Positions 31,673-40,187 of a DNA stretch of 64,000 nucleotides are shown in pieces. The DNA is from Terriglobia bacterium. GTDB lineage: Bacteria; Acidobacteriota; Polarisedimenticolia; Polarisedimenticolales; JAIQFR01. The stretch spans positions 768,001 to 832,000 of the forward strand of contig CAVVHE010000008.1 of NCBI GenBank assembly GCA_963748015.1, given 5' to 3'. A program made the position numbers and the translations under genes. Positions within the stretch are counted from its first letter, which is position 1. Every line of letters starts with the position of its first letter. The notes beneath the pieces were generated by a model, which saw nothing but the letters and a program-made list of their open reading frames with translations, was not told the DNA's origin and ran no database searches.

Positions 31673-32977
31673 TTAGAGACCCAGAATGGACGCTTTCCCG
31701 TGGTAGAAAACGCCTGCGATCGCTCCGGTCATCAGCGTGGCGATCGTCGCGGCGACCAGCGCCTTGAGGCCGACGGCGGCCAGGTCGCCGCGACGCGAGG
31801 GGGCGAGGGCGGCCGTCCCTCCCACGAAGATGCCGATGGAGGCCACGTGGGCGAACCCGCATAGGGCGTAGGAGAGCACCACGAGACCCCTGGGGGAGAT
31901 CGCGCGCGACGCGGCCAGCTCGCCGAGGTGCCGGTACGCGACCACCTCGGTCAGCACCGCCCGCTCCCCGAGCAGCCGCGCGGCGCTCCCCAGATCGCCC
32001 CTCTCGAGGCCGAGCAGCCACGCCAAGGGCGTGAACAGCCAGCCGAGGATCCTGCCGATGCTGACCGGCCCGCCGAGCGCCGCGGCGAAGGGCGAGGTCG
32101 CCTTCACGAGCCCGAGGTCCAGGATCGCGACGACCCCGAGGATCGCGATCAGCAGGGTGGCGATCCCCGCGGCGAGCTTCAGGCCGTCCCAGGCCCCAGC
32201 GGCCAGGGCCGACATCAGGTTGGCCTCACGGCCGGCCGCGTCGATCGGGGGGACGCTTCCCAGCGTCGCGGGGAGCTCCCGCTCCGGCAGGATCAGCTTG
32301 CACGTCAGGGCGGCGGCGGGGATCGCGATCACCGAGGCCGAGATCAGGTGCCCGGCGATCAGCGGGAACGAGCTCCCCAGGAACATGATGTAGATCGCCA
32401 GTGTGGTGGATGCGGTCGTCGCCATCCCGCACGCGAGCACGTTCAGAAGCTCGGACCGGGTCATCCGATCGAGGTACGGGCGCACGACCAGCGCCGACTC
32501 GACCCCCACGAAGATGTTCGACGAGCCGGCAAGCGCCTCGGCTCCCGAAAGACCCATCGTCCGGTGGAACAGGCGGGCGAACACCCGCACGAGCGGCTGC
32601 ATGACCCGCAGGTGGTAAAGGCCGGCCATGAGGGCCGAGAAGAAGATCACCGCGGGGAGTGCCTGCGCCGCGAAGACGAAACCGATCGAGCGCTCTCCCG
32701 ACGGCAGCGTCTCGCCGGGGTTCAGGGCTAGCGGGCCGAACACGAACTTCGTTCCCGCGGAGCCGGCGTCGAGGATCGCGATCACGAGGCCGTTCACGCC
32801 CAGGAGGAGGGCTCTCGCCGGGGGGAGCCAGAACACCGTGGCCCCGAGGAGCGCGAGCAGCGCGCTCGAGCCCGCGACCGTTCTCCAGGGCAGGGGACGC
32901 CTGAAACCGCCGCCCGCCCACGCCAGGAACGCCAGCGCGACGCAGCCGCAGAGAGATCCGAGATTGAGCCAGGACAT
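31673..32977 (-). CDS. Concentrative nucleoside transporter (NupC/CNT family)
   Basis: FVFG, ALPAVIFFSAL, NIFVG, SYALCGFAH..SIGI. Confidence 0.93.
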   Translation of the reverse strand: MSWLNLGSLCGCVALAFLAWAGGGFRRPLPWRTVAGSSALLALLGATVFWLPPARALLLGVNGLVIAILDAGSAGTKFVFGPLALNPGETLPSGERSIGFVFAAQALPAVIFFSALMAGLYHLRVMQPLVRVFARLFHRTMGLSGAEALAGSSNIFVGVESALVVRPYLDRMTRSELLNVLACGMATTASTTLAIYIMFLGSSFPLIAGHLISASVIAIPAAALTCKLILPERELPATLGSVPPIDAAGREANLMSALAAGAWDGLKLAAGIATLLIAILGVVAILDLGLVKATSPFAAALGGPVSIGRILGWLFTPLAWLLGLERGDLGSAARLLGERAVLTEVVAYRHLGELAASRAISPRGLVVLSYALCGFAHVASIGIFVGGTAALAPSRRGDLAAVGLKALVAATIATLMTGAIAGVFYHGKASILGL

Positions 32978-33035
32978 CGCTCCCATGATAACCGCGGTTG
33001 TGGTCGGGGCTCGCGCCCGAACGGGCGCGAGCGGA

Positions 33036-34256
33036 TCAGCGATCGGGCGCCTCGGGGCGGAGCGCGGGGAGGCGCCACATGGCGAGCGCGGAGACGAGGC
33101 CGAGGGCGAAGGTCGAAGGCCAGAGAACGTGGCCGCCGAAGCGCGCGAGGACCTCGGTGCCGAGCCAGGGGCCGAGGGCGAACGCGACGCCGAACGCCAT
33201 GGTGTAGAAGCCCATGTATTCGCCGCGGCGATCGGCGGGCGCGAGGTCCGCGGCGCAGGAGGACATGCCCGGGAGCAGGACCATCTCTCCGAAGGTCCAG
33301 ACGACCACGGTCGCGATCACCGACCAGCCGCCGCGAGCGAGCGCCATCGCGCCGAAACCGGCTCCCACGAGGAGTGCCCCGAGCGCCAGGGTGCGGCCGG
33401 GGTGCCAGTGGGCGGTGGAGGTGTTGATCTGGACCTCGAGGAACACGATCAAGAGCGTGTTGACGGTGAACAGGAGGCCGTAGAACGACTCCGATAGCGA
33501 GAGGTCGCGCACCAGGTAGAGCGGCATCGAGGACACGTGCTGGAAGAAGACCATCGTGACCGGGAGCAGCGCCGCGAGGAACAGGAGAAACCGCCCGTTG
33601 AGGTGCGCCGGGGGAGAGGAGATCGCCCGCGGCCCCGAGAGCGCCGGGCGAGCCGTCTCGACGCGGGCGTGGCGCGGGGCCGCCGATCCGAACAGGGCTA
33701 GAACCGCGCCGGCGAGGAGCGTCGTCGTCCCGTCCACCGCGAACAGCGCGGCGAAGGAGCGCGTCGCGAGAAAGCCCCCCACCGCCGGCCCCACGCTCAT
33801 GCCGAGATTGATGGCGAGCCGGTTCAGCGCGAAGATCGCCTTGCGGCGGTCGGGCGGGGCGATCTCGGCGAGGACCGCGAGGTTCGCCGGGCGGAACGAC
33901 TCCGTCGTCAGCGAGAACACCGCGGTCGCGGCGAGCACCGCCGGCCAGCTCCTCGCCAGCGGGAACGCGAGCATGACCGCTCCCGAGGAGAAGAGCGACA
34001 TCTTCATGACCCGCAGGTGCCCGAGACGGTCGCAAAGGCGCCCGGACAGCGGCGCCGCCACGAGGGCGAACGCCCCGTAGACCGTCATCACCAGTCCGGC
34101 GCGCCCGGCGGGGAACCCCAGGTCCCGCGCGAGGTACAGGACGAGGAACGGGAGGGCCATCGTCCCGCAGCGGTTCACGAGGGTCGAGGCGAAGAGGACC
34201 CAGGCCTGCCTGGGGAGGCCGGCGAGACCCTTCCAGGGGTTGGGGAGGATCGCCAA
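33036..34256 (-). CDS. MFS transporter
   Basis: Motif A (GRLCDRLG), AINLGMSVGPAVGG, multiple TM helices; start uncertain. Confidence 0.9.
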   Translation of the reverse strand: MAILPNPWKGLAGLPRQAWVLFASTLVNRCGTMALPFLVLYLARDLGFPAGRAGLVMTVYGAFALVAAPLSGRLCDRLGHLRVMKMSLFSSGAVMLAFPLARSWPAVLAATAVFSLTTESFRPANLAVLAEIAPPDRRKAIFALNRLAINLGMSVGPAVGGFLATRSFAALFAVDGTTTLLAGAVLALFGSAAPRHARVETARPALSGPRAISSPPAHLNGRFLLFLAALLPVTMVFFQHVSSMPLYLVRDLSLSESFYGLLFTVNTLLIVFLEVQINTSTAHWHPGRTLALGALLVGAGFGAMALARGGWSVIATVVVWTFGEMVLLPGMSSCAADLAPADRRGEYMGFYTMAFGVAFALGPWLGTEVLARFGGHVLWPSTFALGLVSALAMWRLPALRPEAPDR

Positions 34257-34357
34257 GAGCGTGCCCCCGGCGCGGAGAGCCCACGCCGGAGCCATCTTAG
34301 CCCACGCCAACCGCCGCCCGCGGTTGCCGTATCATCTCCCGCAAAGGGGGAAGCGCG

Positions 34358-34819
34358 ATGAGCCTCAAGGAGCGGATCGGCGAGGAGATGAAGACGGCGA
34401 TGAAGTCCGGGGACAAGGACCGCCTGGGCGTCCTGAGGATGCTGCGGGCCCGCGTTCTCGAGGCCGAGGTCTCCGCGCGCGAGAAGCAGGGGCGCGACCA
34501 CGAGGCGACCGACGAGGAGGTCGTCGCCGTGATCTCGTCCTACGCCAAGCAGCGCAGGGACTCGATCGAGGCGTACCGGGGCGGGGGCCGGGAGGACCTC
34601 GCCGCGCGCGAGGAGGCCGAGCTGAAGATCGTGCAGGAGTACCTCCCGGCGCCGCTGACGCCGGACGAGATCCGGGCGATCGTCGCGGCATCGATCGCCG
34701 AGGCGGGAGCGAAATCGGCGAAGGACATGGGCGCCGTGATGAAGCTCGTCATGCCGCGGCTCAAGGGGAGCGCGGACGGCAAGCAGGTGCAGGAGATCGT
34801 CCGCTCGCTCCTCTCGTGA
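34358..34819 (+). CDS. GatB/YqeY domain protein
   Basis: MKTAMKSGDK.RL..LRM, KQRRDSIEAY..GGREDLA..E, KDMGAVM, ADGK. Confidence 0.95.
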   Translation: MSLKERIGEEMKTAMKSGDKDRLGVLRMLRARVLEAEVSAREKQGRDHEATDEEVVAVISSYAKQRRDSIEAYRGGGREDLAAREEAELKIVQEYLPAPLTPDEIRAIVAASIAEAGAKSAKDMGAVMKLVMPRLKGSADGKQVQEIVRSLLS

Positions 34820-34828
34820 GGTGACGTC

Positions 34829-35422
34829 ATGGCGGCGACGAAGAAGAGCGAAGCGGTACCCCGCCTCGCCTACCGTCCGCTCACCCCGGAGCGCTTCGAG
34901 GACTTCGAGGCGCTCTTCGGCGAACGGGGCGCGTGCGGCGGCTGCTGGTGCATGTGGTGGAGGCTCGCGCGCCCGGAGTTCGAGCGCGGGAAGGGAGCGG
35001 GGAACCGGCGCGCGATGAAGAAAATCGTGACGTCCGGGGAAGTCCCGGGGATTCTCGCGTTCGCCGGGGACGAGCCGGTCGCCTGGTGCGCTCTGGCTCC
35101 GAGAGAGCGGTACTCGAGACTGGCCCGGTCCAGGGTCCTGGCACCCGTGGACGAGGAGCCGGTGTGGTCCATCGTCTGCTTCTTCGTCGCGCGGTCCTTC
35201 CGGCGGCGGGGGATCACGACGGGCTTGATCGAGGCCGCGGTTGCCCACGCGCGGCGCCACGGCGCGCGCGTCGTCGAGGGGTACCCGGTCTCGCCGCGCA
35301 AGGGCGCGATGCCCGACGCGTTCGCCTACACGGGCCTCCCGTCGGCGTTCGAGCGGGCCGGGTTCCGCGAGGTCCTGCGCCGTTCGGAGACGCGCCCGAT
35401 CGTGCGGACCCGTCCCCGGTGA
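34829..35422 (+). CDS. GNAT family N-acetyltransferase
   Basis: CWCMWW, CFFV...RRRGI acetyl-CoA motif, VEGYP, FERAGF. Confidence 0.9.
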   Translation: MAATKKSEAVPRLAYRPLTPERFEDFEALFGERGACGGCWCMWWRLARPEFERGKGAGNRRAMKKIVTSGEVPGILAFAGDEPVAWCALAPRERYSRLARSRVLAPVDEEPVWSIVCFFVARSFRRRGITTGLIEAAVAHARRHGARVVEGYPVSPRKGAMPDAFAYTGLPSAFERAGFREVLRRSETRPIVRTRPR

Positions 35423-35477
35423 GCCTCCGGGCCCGGAGAGGGCGACAGCCCCCGGTCCCGCTGGTATTCTCGGGATC

Positions 35478-37430
35478 GTGAAGATCAGGACCGCCTGCAA
35501 CCGCGATTGCCCCGACGCCTGCGGCATGATCGCCACGGTCGAGGACGGGCGCGTGGTCCGTCTCGAGGGGGACCCCGATCATCCGGTCACGCGGGGATTC
35601 CTCTGCTACCGCACGAACCGGTTTCTCGAGAGGCAGTACGATCCCGGGCGGCTAGCCACGCCGCTGCTGCGCCGCGGGTCCGATTTCCGTCCGATCTCCT
35701 GGGACGACGCTCTCGACCTCGTCGCGGAGAAAATGCTGCGCATCAAGAGCGAGTCGGGGAGCGCCGCGATCCTCGAGTACCGGAGCGGCGGCTCCCTCGG
35801 CATCCTCAAGCAGCTCACCGGCTGGTTCTTCGAGCGGTTCGGGCCGGTCACGGTCACCTCGGGAAGCGTCTGCTCGGGGCCGGGGGAGTGGGCGCAGAAG
35901 GAGGACTTCGGCGTCTCGGACAGCAACGACCTTCTCGACCTCCTGAACAGCAGGACGATCGTGCTTTGGGGGAAGAACCCCCACGTGAGCAGCGTTCACC
36001 TGCTGCCGGTCCTCCGCGACGCGCGCGAGCGCGGCGCCCGCCTCGTGCTCGTGGACCCGATACGCCACCGCGGGGCCGATCTTTGCGACGTCTACCTGCA
36101 GCCGCGCCCCGGAGGGGACGCCGCTCTCGGGCTCGGGGTCGCCCGGCGGCTCTTCGAGCGCGGCGGGGTCGATCCCGCCGTCGGCTCCTACTGCGATCAC
36201 CTCGACGCGTTTCGCTCCCTGGCGTTCTCGCGCGCCGAGACGGAGTGGGCCGGCCTGGCCGGCGTCTCGCCCGGCGACCTCGCCGCGCTGTCCGACGCCT
36301 ACGCCGCCGGGCCCTCCGCGATCCTCGTGGGGTGGGGGATGCAGCGCCGGAGCAACGGCGCCGCCGCCGTACGCGTCCTCGACGCACTCGGCGCGGTCTC
36401 GGGGAACCTGGGCATCCCCGGGGGCGGCGTCTCCTTCTACTTCCGCCGGCGCGGCGCCTTCGACCTGTCGTTCATCGGCGGCGAGCGCGCCGCCGCGCGG
36501 ACCCTGCCGGAGCCGCTCCTCGGCCCGGGCATCCTCGAGGCGTCGGACCCGGCGGTCCGGATGGTGTGGATCAGCTGCGGCAACCCGGTGGCGATGCTCC
36601 CCGAATCGCGCACGACGGCCCGCGCTCTCGAGACGCGGGAGCTGACCGTCGTGGTGGACGCGTTCCTCACCGACACCGCGCGCTCGGCGCACCTCGTGTT
36701 GCCGGCGACCACCATGCTGGAGGACGACGACCTCCTCGGGTCGTACGGGCATCACTGGATCGCGGAGCTGCGCCCCGCCGTCCCGCCGCCCGAGGGGGTC
36801 CTGACCGACTACGAGATCGTGCGGAGGCTCGCGCTTCGCGTCGGTCTCGGCGGAGACTTCCCGGAGGACGTCGAGGCGTGGAAGCGGCGCCTGCTCGAGC
36901 CCGTGGCGGCGCGCGGCGGATCCCTCGAGGAGCTGCGTCGCGGCGCGTTGCGGAACCCGCTCGCGCCGCGCGTGTTGTTCGAGGACCGGGTCTTCCCGAC
37001 GCCGAGCGGGCGGGTGAACCTGGCGCGCGCCGCCGACGCCGAGCCGCCCGTCCCTCCCGCGGAGCGGCCGCTGTTCCTCATGGCGATCTCGACCGAGAAG
37101 GCGCAGTGCTCGCAGTGGCCCGCGCGCGCGCAGGAGGGGCCGCTCGCCGCCACGGTCCACCCCGAGGCGGCCCCCGGCCTGCGGGAGGGCGAGGTGGTCG
37201 CGCTCGAGTCGGAGATCGGAAGCCTCGACGTGCGACTCGTGTTCGACGCGCGGCAGCGCCGGGACGTCGTGCTGGTGCCCAAGGGCGGATGGCTTCACCG
37301 GGAGCGCTGCGCGAACGCGCTGACGCCCGCCCGCCTCACCGACGCGGGGGAGGGAGCGGTCTACTACGAGACGCCGGTGAGGATTCGCCCCGCGGGAGCG
37401 GATCCCGCCCCCGCCGCCCCGCGTTCCTGA
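35478..37430 (+). CDS. Molybdopterin-dependent oxidoreductase
   Basis: N-terminal CNRDCPDAC...C Fe-S motif, ISWDDALD, WGKNP, DAFLTDTA..A.LVLPA. Confidence 0.92.
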   Translation: MKIRTACNRDCPDACGMIATVEDGRVVRLEGDPDHPVTRGFLCYRTNRFLERQYDPGRLATPLLRRGSDFRPISWDDALDLVAEKMLRIKSESGSAAILEYRSGGSLGILKQLTGWFFERFGPVTVTSGSVCSGPGEWAQKEDFGVSDSNDLLDLLNSRTIVLWGKNPHVSSVHLLPVLRDARERGARLVLVDPIRHRGADLCDVYLQPRPGGDAALGLGVARRLFERGGVDPAVGSYCDHLDAFRSLAFSRAETEWAGLAGVSPGDLAALSDAYAAGPSAILVGWGMQRRSNGAAAVRVLDALGAVSGNLGIPGGGVSFYFRRRGAFDLSFIGGERAAARTLPEPLLGPGILEASDPAVRMVWISCGNPVAMLPESRTTARALETRELTVVVDAFLTDTARSAHLVLPATTMLEDDDLLGSYGHHWIAELRPAVPPPEGVLTDYEIVRRLALRVGLGGDFPEDVEAWKRRLLEPVAARGGSLEELRRGALRNPLAPRVLFEDRVFPTPSGRVNLARAADAEPPVPPAERPLFLMAISTEKAQCSQWPARAQEGPLAATVHPEAAPGLREGEVVALESEIGSLDVRLVFDARQRRDVVLVPKGGWLHRERCANALTPARLTDAGEGAVYYETPVRIRPAGADPAPAAPRS

Positions 37431-37458
37431 GACGAGGAATCTCCCGCGCTCACGAGGA

Positions 37459-38205
37459 TCACGCGCGCGTCGCTTCCATCAGCCTCTTGCGCTCCCTCGG
37501 CGGGAAGTGCTCGATCGCGTAACGCAGCGTCGTTCGCGGGATCCTCGGGCCGTGGGCGAGCAGGTAGCGCTCGAGGCGCGCGCGTTCGGTCCGGCCCGCC
37601 TCCCGCAGGAGCCAGCCGACGGCCTTGTGGGCGAGGTCCTCGCGGTCGCCCAGGAGGCGGGTCGCGATCTCGTAGGCGGCGTCGAGGTTCTTTCCGCGGC
37701 GGGCGTGGGGGACGAACGCGACCGCGGCCGCGCGCCTCACCCAGAGGACCGGCGAGGCGGTCCACGCCTTGACGTCCGGGATCAGCTCGGGATGGCGTTC
37801 GAGGAGCGGGCCCAGCAGGTGGGGTGCGATCTCGTCCACGGTCGCCCAATTGCCGGAGTGCCGCTCGATCCAGCCCTCGATTCGCGGCAGGTGTCTCGGC
37901 TCGAGGCGTTTCTCGAATTTTCCGAGGAGCTCGAGGCCCACCGCCTTCACCTCGAGACGACGGTCGCGGACCAGCACGTCGCAGAACGCGACCGCGTCGT
38001 CCACGCTCCACGCGTTCCGCACGTCCCGGTAGAGGCCGGAGACCGTGCCGCGCACGACCGGGAGCGGGATCCCGAGCGCCGCCACGGTCTCCTTGAAGTA
38101 GCGCTGCACGTCCATCGCCCTGCGCGGGTCGGCGCGCGCTTCGAGGTGCGCTCGGGCCTCGCGCGCGGCGGCGCGGGGAGACGGGATCTTGGGGCGCGGG
38201 GGCAC
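37459..38205 (-). CDS. DNA alkylation repair protein (AlkD family)
   Basis: NWATVD, WVRRAA, HKAVGWLLREAG, LRYAIE. Confidence 0.92.
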   Translation of the reverse strand: MPPRPKIPSPRAAAREARAHLEARADPRRAMDVQRYFKETVAALGIPLPVVRGTVSGLYRDVRNAWSVDDAVAFCDVLVRDRRLEVKAVGLELLGKFEKRLEPRHLPRIEGWIERHSGNWATVDEIAPHLLGPLLERHPELIPDVKAWTASPVLWVRRAAAVAFVPHARRGKNLDAAYEIATRLLGDREDLAHKAVGWLLREAGRTERARLERYLLAHGPRIPRTTLRYAIEHFPPRERKRLMEATRA

Positions 38206-38206
38206 G

Positions 38207-38713
38207 CTACTGCGTCCGGTAGTTGCCGAACTGGAGCTCCATCCCGAAGTCCTCTTGCTTGAGGAGGGCCATCACGTTCTGGAGCTCGTCGCGGGACGGC
38301 GACGACACGCGGACCTGCTCCGCCTGGATCGCCGCCTGGATCTTCTTCAGCTTCCTGTCCTTGATGAACTTGACGATCGCGCGCGCCGTCTCGGTCGGGA
38401 TCCCCTGCTGGAGGTCGACCTGCTGGCGCACCGTCCCGCCGGCGGCCGGCTCGACCTTCCCCGGCTTCATGTTGCGCAGGGGAACGTGGCGGCGGGCGAG
38501 CTTCTGCTGGAGGACCTCCCACATCGCCCTGACCTTGAAGTCGTCCGGGCCGGCCAGGACGATCCGGTTCTCGGTGCGGTCGAGCTCCAGGGAGACCTTG
38601 AGCCCCTTGAAGTCGTACCGCTGCGTGATCTCCTTCACCGCCTGGTTGACGGCGTTGTCGACCTCCTGCAGGTCGCACCCCACCGTGACGTCGAAAGACT
38701 GAATGGCTGCCAC
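38207..38713 (-). CDS. yajQ: YajQ family nucleotide/c-di-GMP-binding protein
   Basis: SFDV, QEVDNAVNQ, RYDFKG, QQGI, RDELQ, LQFGNYR. Confidence 0.95.
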   Translation of the reverse strand: MAAIQSFDVTVGCDLQEVDNAVNQAVKEITQRYDFKGLKVSLELDRTENRIVLAGPDDFKVRAMWEVLQQKLARRHVPLRNMKPGKVEPAAGGTVRQQVDLQQGIPTETARAIVKFIKDRKLKKIQAAIQAEQVRVSSPSRDELQNVMALLKQEDFGMELQFGNYRTQ

Positions 38714-38777
38714 GAGATGCCTCCGTCGCGCCGCGCGGCGAGCGGGCGTCTACGCGCGGGAGTATAGCGCCGCCGGG

Positions 38778-40007
38778 TCAGTCCACGGAAGGAAGGCTCG
38801 AGGCCTCCGGGCCGCCGCCGCCATCCTTCCGCGCGCCGCGCGGAGGGAGGAGCCGGGCGCGCGTCATGGCGTCGCTGCCGAGACGCTCCCGGACCTCGTC
38901 GGCCGCGAGCGAAGCCCGCCTCGTCCGCTCCTCGCGCGGATCGGGGAAGAGCGCCGAGGGCGCGGCGCCGGCGGCCTCCAGACCGCTCACCCCGACGCCC
39001 AGGAGCCGGACGCCGCGCCCGCCGAGGTCGATTCGCTCCCGGTAGAGCTGGCGCGCCGCGCGCACCACCACCTCGGCCAGGTCGGTCGGCGAGCGGAGGG
39101 TCAGCGCGCGGGTCCAGGTGGTGAAATCGCCCGTGCGCACCTTGATGTGAACCGTGCGGGCCGCGAGCCCCTCGCGCCGCAGCTCGCGCGCGACCCCCTC
39201 GGAGCGGGCGAGGAGGGCGCGGTCGATCTCGTCCCCGTCGGTCAGATCCTCGCCGTAGGTGCGCTCCTCGGAAACGGATTTCGGGTCGTGACGGGCGACG
39301 ACCGGGCGGTCGTCGTCGCCTCGCGCGAGGGCACGGAGGTGTTGCGCCCCGCCGCGGCCCACGAGCGCGGCGAGGCCGTCCTCGGAGACGCGCAGCAGGT
39401 CGCCGACGGAGCGGAGGCCGCCGGCCGCGAGCCGCTCGGCCGTCTTGGGGCCGACGCCCCAGAGCCGCCGGACCGGCATCGGCCAGAGTCGGCGGGGGAC
39501 GTCCTCGAGGGGGAAGACGACGAGGCCGTCGGGCTTCTCGAGGTCGGAGGCGATCTTCGCGAGGAACTTGTTCGGCGCGATGCCGACCGACGAGGTCAGG
39601 CGCTCCTCCCGGCGGATTCGCTCCTTGAGGGCGAGGGCGACCTCGCTCCCCTCCGCGAGGTCGCGGGCGATGCCGGTGAGATCGACGAACGCCTCGTCGA
39701 TGGAGAGCGGCTCCACGAGCGGCGAGACGGGCTCGATGATCGCGTGGATCCGGCGGGAGACCTCGACGTAACGCTCCATCCGCCCCGGGAGCCAGATCGC
39801 GCCGGGGCAGAGGCGCTCCGCCGTGATCGACGGCATCGCCGACCGCACGCCGAACTTCCGCGCCTCGTAGGAGCAGGTCGAGACCACGCCGCGCCGCCCC
39901 CGGTGGCCGATGATGAGCGGCTTCCCGGCGAGCGCCGGGTCGTCCCGCACCTCCACCGCCGCGTAGAACGCGTCCATGTCGAGGTGGAGGATGATGATCG
40001 CAATCAT
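38778..40007 (-). CDS. dinB: DNA polymerase IV
   Basis: HLDMDAFYAAVE, SYEARKFGVRSAM, SIDEAF, NKFLAKIASD..KPDG. Confidence 0.96.
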   Translation of the reverse strand: MIAIIILHLDMDAFYAAVEVRDDPALAGKPLIIGHRGRRGVVSTCSYEARKFGVRSAMPSITAERLCPGAIWLPGRMERYVEVSRRIHAIIEPVSPLVEPLSIDEAFVDLTGIARDLAEGSEVALALKERIRREERLTSSVGIAPNKFLAKIASDLEKPDGLVVFPLEDVPRRLWPMPVRRLWGVGPKTAERLAAGGLRSVGDLLRVSEDGLAALVGRGGAQHLRALARGDDDRPVVARHDPKSVSEERTYGEDLTDGDEIDRALLARSEGVARELRREGLAARTVHIKVRTGDFTTWTRALTLRSPTDLAEVVVRAARQLYRERIDLGGRGVRLLGVGVSGLEAAGAAPSALFPDPREERTRRASLAADEVRERLGSDAMTRARLLPPRGARKDGGGGPEASSLPSVD

Positions 40008-40187
40008 CGCGCGCCCTTTCGTTTGCACGGACCAGCATAGTCGCTCTTGGCGGAGGCTTCCGCCTCCGACTCCGGGTAGGCCAAGGGGCGGCGGTTTCGA
40101 CGTATACTCCCCGCATCGTCCGAGGCTGCGAGCGTGCCTCGGGGGCCCGTTCACGGCCCGGAAAGGCTGGCCGCCACGGGGGCATCC